Shown: one piece after another, positions 60,456 to 64,000 of the stretch
Numbering within the stretch: position 1 is the stretch's first letter
Layout: every line of letters starts with the position of its first letter
NCBI GenBank assembly: GCA_052426225.1
Contig: JBNJNM010000023.1
Span: 248,001-312,000, forward strand
DNA: 64,000 nt
Source: Zancudomyces culisetae HAW-14-8
Taxonomy: Eukaryota > Fungi > Kickxellomycota
Direction: 5' to 3'
Program-made: the position numbers and the translations under genes
The notes under the pieces: model-generated
Told to the model about the DNA's origin: nothing
Seen by the model: only the letters and a program-made list of their open reading frames with translations
Databases searched by the model: none

Positions 60456-63400
60456 TGTCATATAATTAATGATAGTTCATACCTTCTAGCTTTGATTGGC
60501 AGTTTATTTATCATATTTAGTTTATCATATTTATTTTATCATATTTATTTCATTGGAGATTGGACTTTTCTCCCTATGGAGGGTTTTTTCCAATTTCTAT
60601 CCTTGATAACAGGTTAGTCGTTATCAGGAAAAGTTTTTAATTAGTTTTAGAGATAACAAAAGATATATATAATTTATACACAGTTTTGAAGAAGAAAATA
60701 AAAATAAAACAAAAATAAGATATACAAAAATTACGACTGTACTAACTTCAGAAAACGAACTATTATCAAGGGTGTAGGATAAAAACTATACAAGTGCGAT
60801 AGAGTTCGGAGTTGAGTACAAAGCCCCTAAAAAGGCAAACATATTTAAAATAATATTACAATTGGCGCTCCCAGCTAGGCATAAGGCCAGCAAGAGTATA
60901 GGTTAGTGAAAAATAGTTAGGCTAAACAGCGTTAGCACCACAACAGTGAAGTGAAAGTTAGGAATAGGAATGAATAAGCCAGAAATATTTGAGACGTCCA
61001 GCGGGACAGACCCCAGCGAGTGGGTTGAAAGATACCGTATCATCGCCAAGTTAAATAAGTGGGATCCTAATGACTGGATCGATTTTGTGCAGCTATATTT
61101 GGGCAAACGTGAGGCAATATGGTACAAGAAATGTAAGGCAAACTTCACCACCTGGGAAGAATTCACAAAACTGTTTGTTACAAAGTTTGGGCCAAAAGAT
61201 CAGAGTTTGAAGTACGTAGAAAAGTTGAAATCATTGCGTCAAGAGGATTTTGAGTCGATAGAGGAGCTAGAGTACGAGTTGGGGGAGGTGTTGGAAAAAG
61301 CAAAAATTACAGAGGAGAGCCAGAAAACTAACTGGTTACTCAGCACGCTGACAGCTGAAAACAGAGTAAGAGTTAGGGATTCAGGTATGGAAAGTTGGTC
61401 AAACATTGTGGAGTTACTGAGCAAAGACGAGCAACAGCATGCTGGACAGAAAAAAACGGTTTTGGTAGAAAAAGATATCATACAGAAGCAGACAAAACCG
61501 CGCATTCAGCTACCTCATTCAGGCAGACCAATAAGTGACATGACGCAGGAGAACTTAGGATATGAGGTGATGCTGAAGAAAATGGAGGAGTGGAGTGTTA
61601 ATCTGTTGACAAAAGTGGATGAGATGGTAGAGAACAGATTACGAGAGAGTCGCCGTCCACGAATTCAGAACTTTACCAGAGGACCAATCAAGTGTTTCAC
61701 GTGTGGGCAAGAAGGACATAAGTCACCAGAATGCCCAAACAGAGACAAAAGGAAAGACAGTAGTGTCAACTACATGGAGATAAAAACGCCAGAGATAGAA
61801 GACACGGAGTTATTTGCAGTGAACCGAGGCAGCAAAGGTAGAGATAGTTCAAAGCCGTATGCGTACAATGGTACCATTAGTGGCAGGAAGCCGATGCAAG
61901 TTAAACCTGTACCAGTTGTGCATGGACAGGAAGTAGAGGATATGAAAGTGGAGCCGGCGGGCGTGAATGTTACAACAGGAAACCAGTTTAGTACTGAAAA
62001 GGTGGCTATAAGCACAGAGGGGTCAAAGCAAAGGAACAAACTCATACCAAAGATAACAGAGGGTGTGGAGCCATTTAATTTAACTGCGGATCTTATGAAC
62101 TACTACCCGCATATCAGCTTACCCCAGCTTATACAAGCCGCACCACACTTATCACAAGATATGGGACAGATGGTTAAGAAAGTACGCAAGACTGAGCTTA
62201 ATGAATTACAGGTAAAATCAGAAAGAACCACAAGTTGCAAGGTTGAGGTGAGAGTCTTCAGTCAAAAGATCTGGGCAATTGTTGACACTGGAGCTGCATG
62301 CTCCGTGGCCACCCCCAGGTTGGCTTATAGATGGGGACTAGTAGCCGAAAGCACTGATGGGCAGGTCATAGTAACGGCTGACGGAAAGCGGCATGCTCCG
62401 TTGGGCACGATTAAGGAGGTGCCAATACAGATAGGAAATTATACATTTGCCGCTACACTCACGATCATGGACAGAAAAGAGGATATCTTGATTCTAGGCA
62501 CAGATTGGTTGTACAGGAATAGAGCAACTATAGATTTGTTGAAGAGTCAATTGAGCTTACCCATAGGCAACCGCATGCTGATATCACCGCTTTATATAAG
62601 GTCAGTTACAGATGAGGATGAGTGGGAGGAAGCAGAGGTTTACTTAGTAATGGCACCAAACCAATTGAAACTAGAGGAGGAGCAATGTCAGGATCCAAGG
62701 ATACAGGAGTTGGTTGCTGATAACGAGGATTTATTCATCAAGGACATTAGCCAGTTGACACAAACTGATGTAACCCAGCATAGAATAGAACTAACGTCAG
62801 AAAGGCCAATAAAGCAGCGGCCTTACAGGATTCCGTTTCACCTGTATGAGAAAGTAAGAGAAGAACTGCGTGTCATGGAAAACAACGGAGTGATATCACC
62901 ATGTACTTCTGAATGGTGCTCTCCTGTTGTGACCGTATGGAAGAAGGATGGTCGGTTGCGCATCTGTGCCGACTACAGGAAGCTTAATCAAATCACGCGA
63001 AAAGACTCCTACCCATTACCTACCATAGAAGATATATTCATGGCTTTGGCGGGCGCTACGGTATTCAGTTCCTTTGATGCGCTCAGTGGGTTTTGGCAGA
63101 TACCCATGGCATCAGAGGACCGTAGCAAGACTGCATTTGCTATTCCTGGGAGTGGCACATACTGTTATAACGTGATGCCATTCGGGCTCACCAACAGTCC
63201 TGCTTCCTTCCAGCGAATGATGGAGCAGGCTCTAGCCCCAGTGCTGTGGAAGACCACGGTTGTCTTCATTGACGACATTGTGGTGTATTCAAGAACTATT
63301 GATCAGCATATAGTCGATGTAAGGGAGGTTCTCGAATTGCTAAGAAAACACAAGATTCAGTTGCACGCAGATAAGTGTAGGCTAGGTATGCGCAGCATAA

Positions 63401-64000
63401 CTTATTTAGAACACACAGTCTCTGGAGAAGGAATCGAAACTAGTACAGATAAAATTAAGGCAATACAAACTGCAAGCATTCCCAATAATGTAAAGGAGTT
63501 ACAGTCCTTTCTTGGACTCACGGGCTATTACCGCAAGTTTGTAGAAAACTATGCGAGGGTTGTGTCACCATTATTGAAGCTATTGAAGAAAAACACCCAT
63601 TGGAACTGGGGTGAGGAACAACAAAAGGCAGTCGAAGATCTAAAATTGCAACTGAGTATGGCTCCGGTATTAGCTCATCCGGACTGGATGAAGGAGTTTG
63701 TGGTGACAACAGATGCGTCGGTGGTTGGGATAGGCGCCATTCTCTCACAAACTTTTGATGATGGTGAGAAACCCATTTGTTACCTAAGCAGAATACTAAA
63801 TCCGCATGAACGCAATTACTCAGTAGCACACTTGGAAGGCCTAGCCGTGGTGTGGGCTGTCAAGAAGCTGAGACAGTATTTATGGGGAAAACATTTTGTA
63901 ATTAGGACTGATCATAAATCACTCCTACAGTTGTTTAATGGTAAGGATATCACAGGACGAGTCGCCAGGTGGGCGATGATACTAAGGACATATGAGTATA
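60456..64000 (+). mobile_element. Apparently intact Ty3/gypsy retrotransposon, truncated by the window end. 5' LTR 60456-60860, PBS 60863-60880
   Basis: Family D LTR followed by TGGCGCTCCCAGCTAGGC and an open gag-pol frame. Confidence 0.93.
60970..64000 (+). CDS. Single-frame Gag-Pol polyprotein (Gag, CCHC knuckle, protease, RT, RNase H), no stop within the window
   Basis: Manually translated 1010 codons without a stop: CFTCGQEGHKSPEC, AIVDTGAACS, MPFGLTNSP, FIDDI, TDAS..GIGAILSQ, TDHKSL. Confidence 0.92.
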   Translation, partial: MNKPEIFETSSGTDPSEWVERYRIIAKLNKWDPNDWIDFVQLYLGKREAIWYKKCKANFTTWEEFTKLFVTKFGPKDQSLKYVEKLKSLRQEDFESIEELEYELGEVLEKAKITEESQKTNWLLSTLTAENRVRVRDSGMESWSNIVELLSKDEQQHAGQKKTVLVEKDIIQKQTKPRIQLPHSGRPISDMTQENLGYEVMLKKMEEWSVNLLTKVDEMVENRLRESRRPRIQNFTRGPIKCFTCGQEGHKSPECPNRDKRKDSSVNYMEIKTPEIEDTELFAVNRGSKGRDSSKPYAYNGTISGRKPMQVKPVPVVHGQEVEDMKVEPAGVNVTTGNQFSTEKVAISTEGSKQRNKLIPKITEGVEPFNLTADLMNYYPHISLPQLIQAAPHLSQDMGQMVKKVRKTELNELQVKSERTTSCKVEVRVFSQKIWAIVDTGAACSVATPRLAYRWGLVAESTDGQVIVTADGKRHAPLGTIKEVPIQIGNYTFAATLTIMDRKEDILILGTDWLYRNRATIDLLKSQLSLPIGNRMLISPLYIRSVTDEDEWEEAEVYLVMAPNQLKLEEEQCQDPRIQELVADNEDLFIKDISQLTQTDVTQHRIELTSERPIKQRPYRIPFHLYEKVREELRVMENNGVISPCTSEWCSPVVTVWKKDGRLRICADYRKLNQITRKDSYPLPTIEDIFMALAGATVFSSFDALSGFWQIPMASEDRSKTAFAIPGSGTYCYNVMPFGLTNSPASFQRMMEQALAPVLWKTTVVFIDDIVVYSRTIDQHIVDVREVLELLRKHKIQLHADKCRLGMRSITYLEHTVSGEGIETSTDKIKAIQTASIPNNVKELQSFLGLTGYYRKFVENYARVVSPLLKLLKKNTHWNWGEEQQKAVEDLKLQLSMAPVLAHPDWMKEFVVTTDASVVGIGAILSQTFDDGEKPICYLSRILNPHERNYSVAHLEGLAVVWAVKKLRQYLWGKHFVIRTDHKSLLQLFNGKDITGRVARWAMILRTYEY

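Noticed and set aside
38409-60860. CRISPR array or satellite interpretation of the TG...CA units
   Set aside because: No constant repeat, units are 220-840 bp, one family matches the LTR of a bona fide gypsy element in the window, and there are no cas genes. The CRISPR comparison is only an analogy for ordering.

Overview
Eukaryotic, AT-rich, intron-containing DNA. Gene content and short GTAAG...AG introns suggest an early-diverging fungus, possibly Harpellales/Zoopagomycota (inference). Bases 1-36.4 kb are gene-dense: three Mch/MCT-type MFS transporters, a signal-peptide thioredoxin, a scramblase-like protein, RPL3, NAT3, NSE4, an RNF220-like RING E3, a TMEM115-like protein, FAD synthase, a SIRT2/HST2 sirtuin, a 1257-aa F-box-like/ankyrin protein, LSM7 and CCT7. 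Bases 36.5-64 kb have no recognisable host protein genes. They hold two divergent tRNA-Arg genes, two Ty3/gypsy elements (one decayed, one with an open gag-pol running off the window), two Tc1/mariner relics and more than 20 TG...CA LTR-like units of many families laid end to end. Overlapping 4-bp target-site duplications indicate these units were inserted one after another 6-9 nt upstream of the tRNA genes, giving polarised, time-ordered LTR stacks. One LTR family carries a 118-codon ORF under apparent purifying selection, with a PKI-type nuclear export signal pattern, plus a covarying 11-bp hairpin. All coordinates and comparisons were read by eye.
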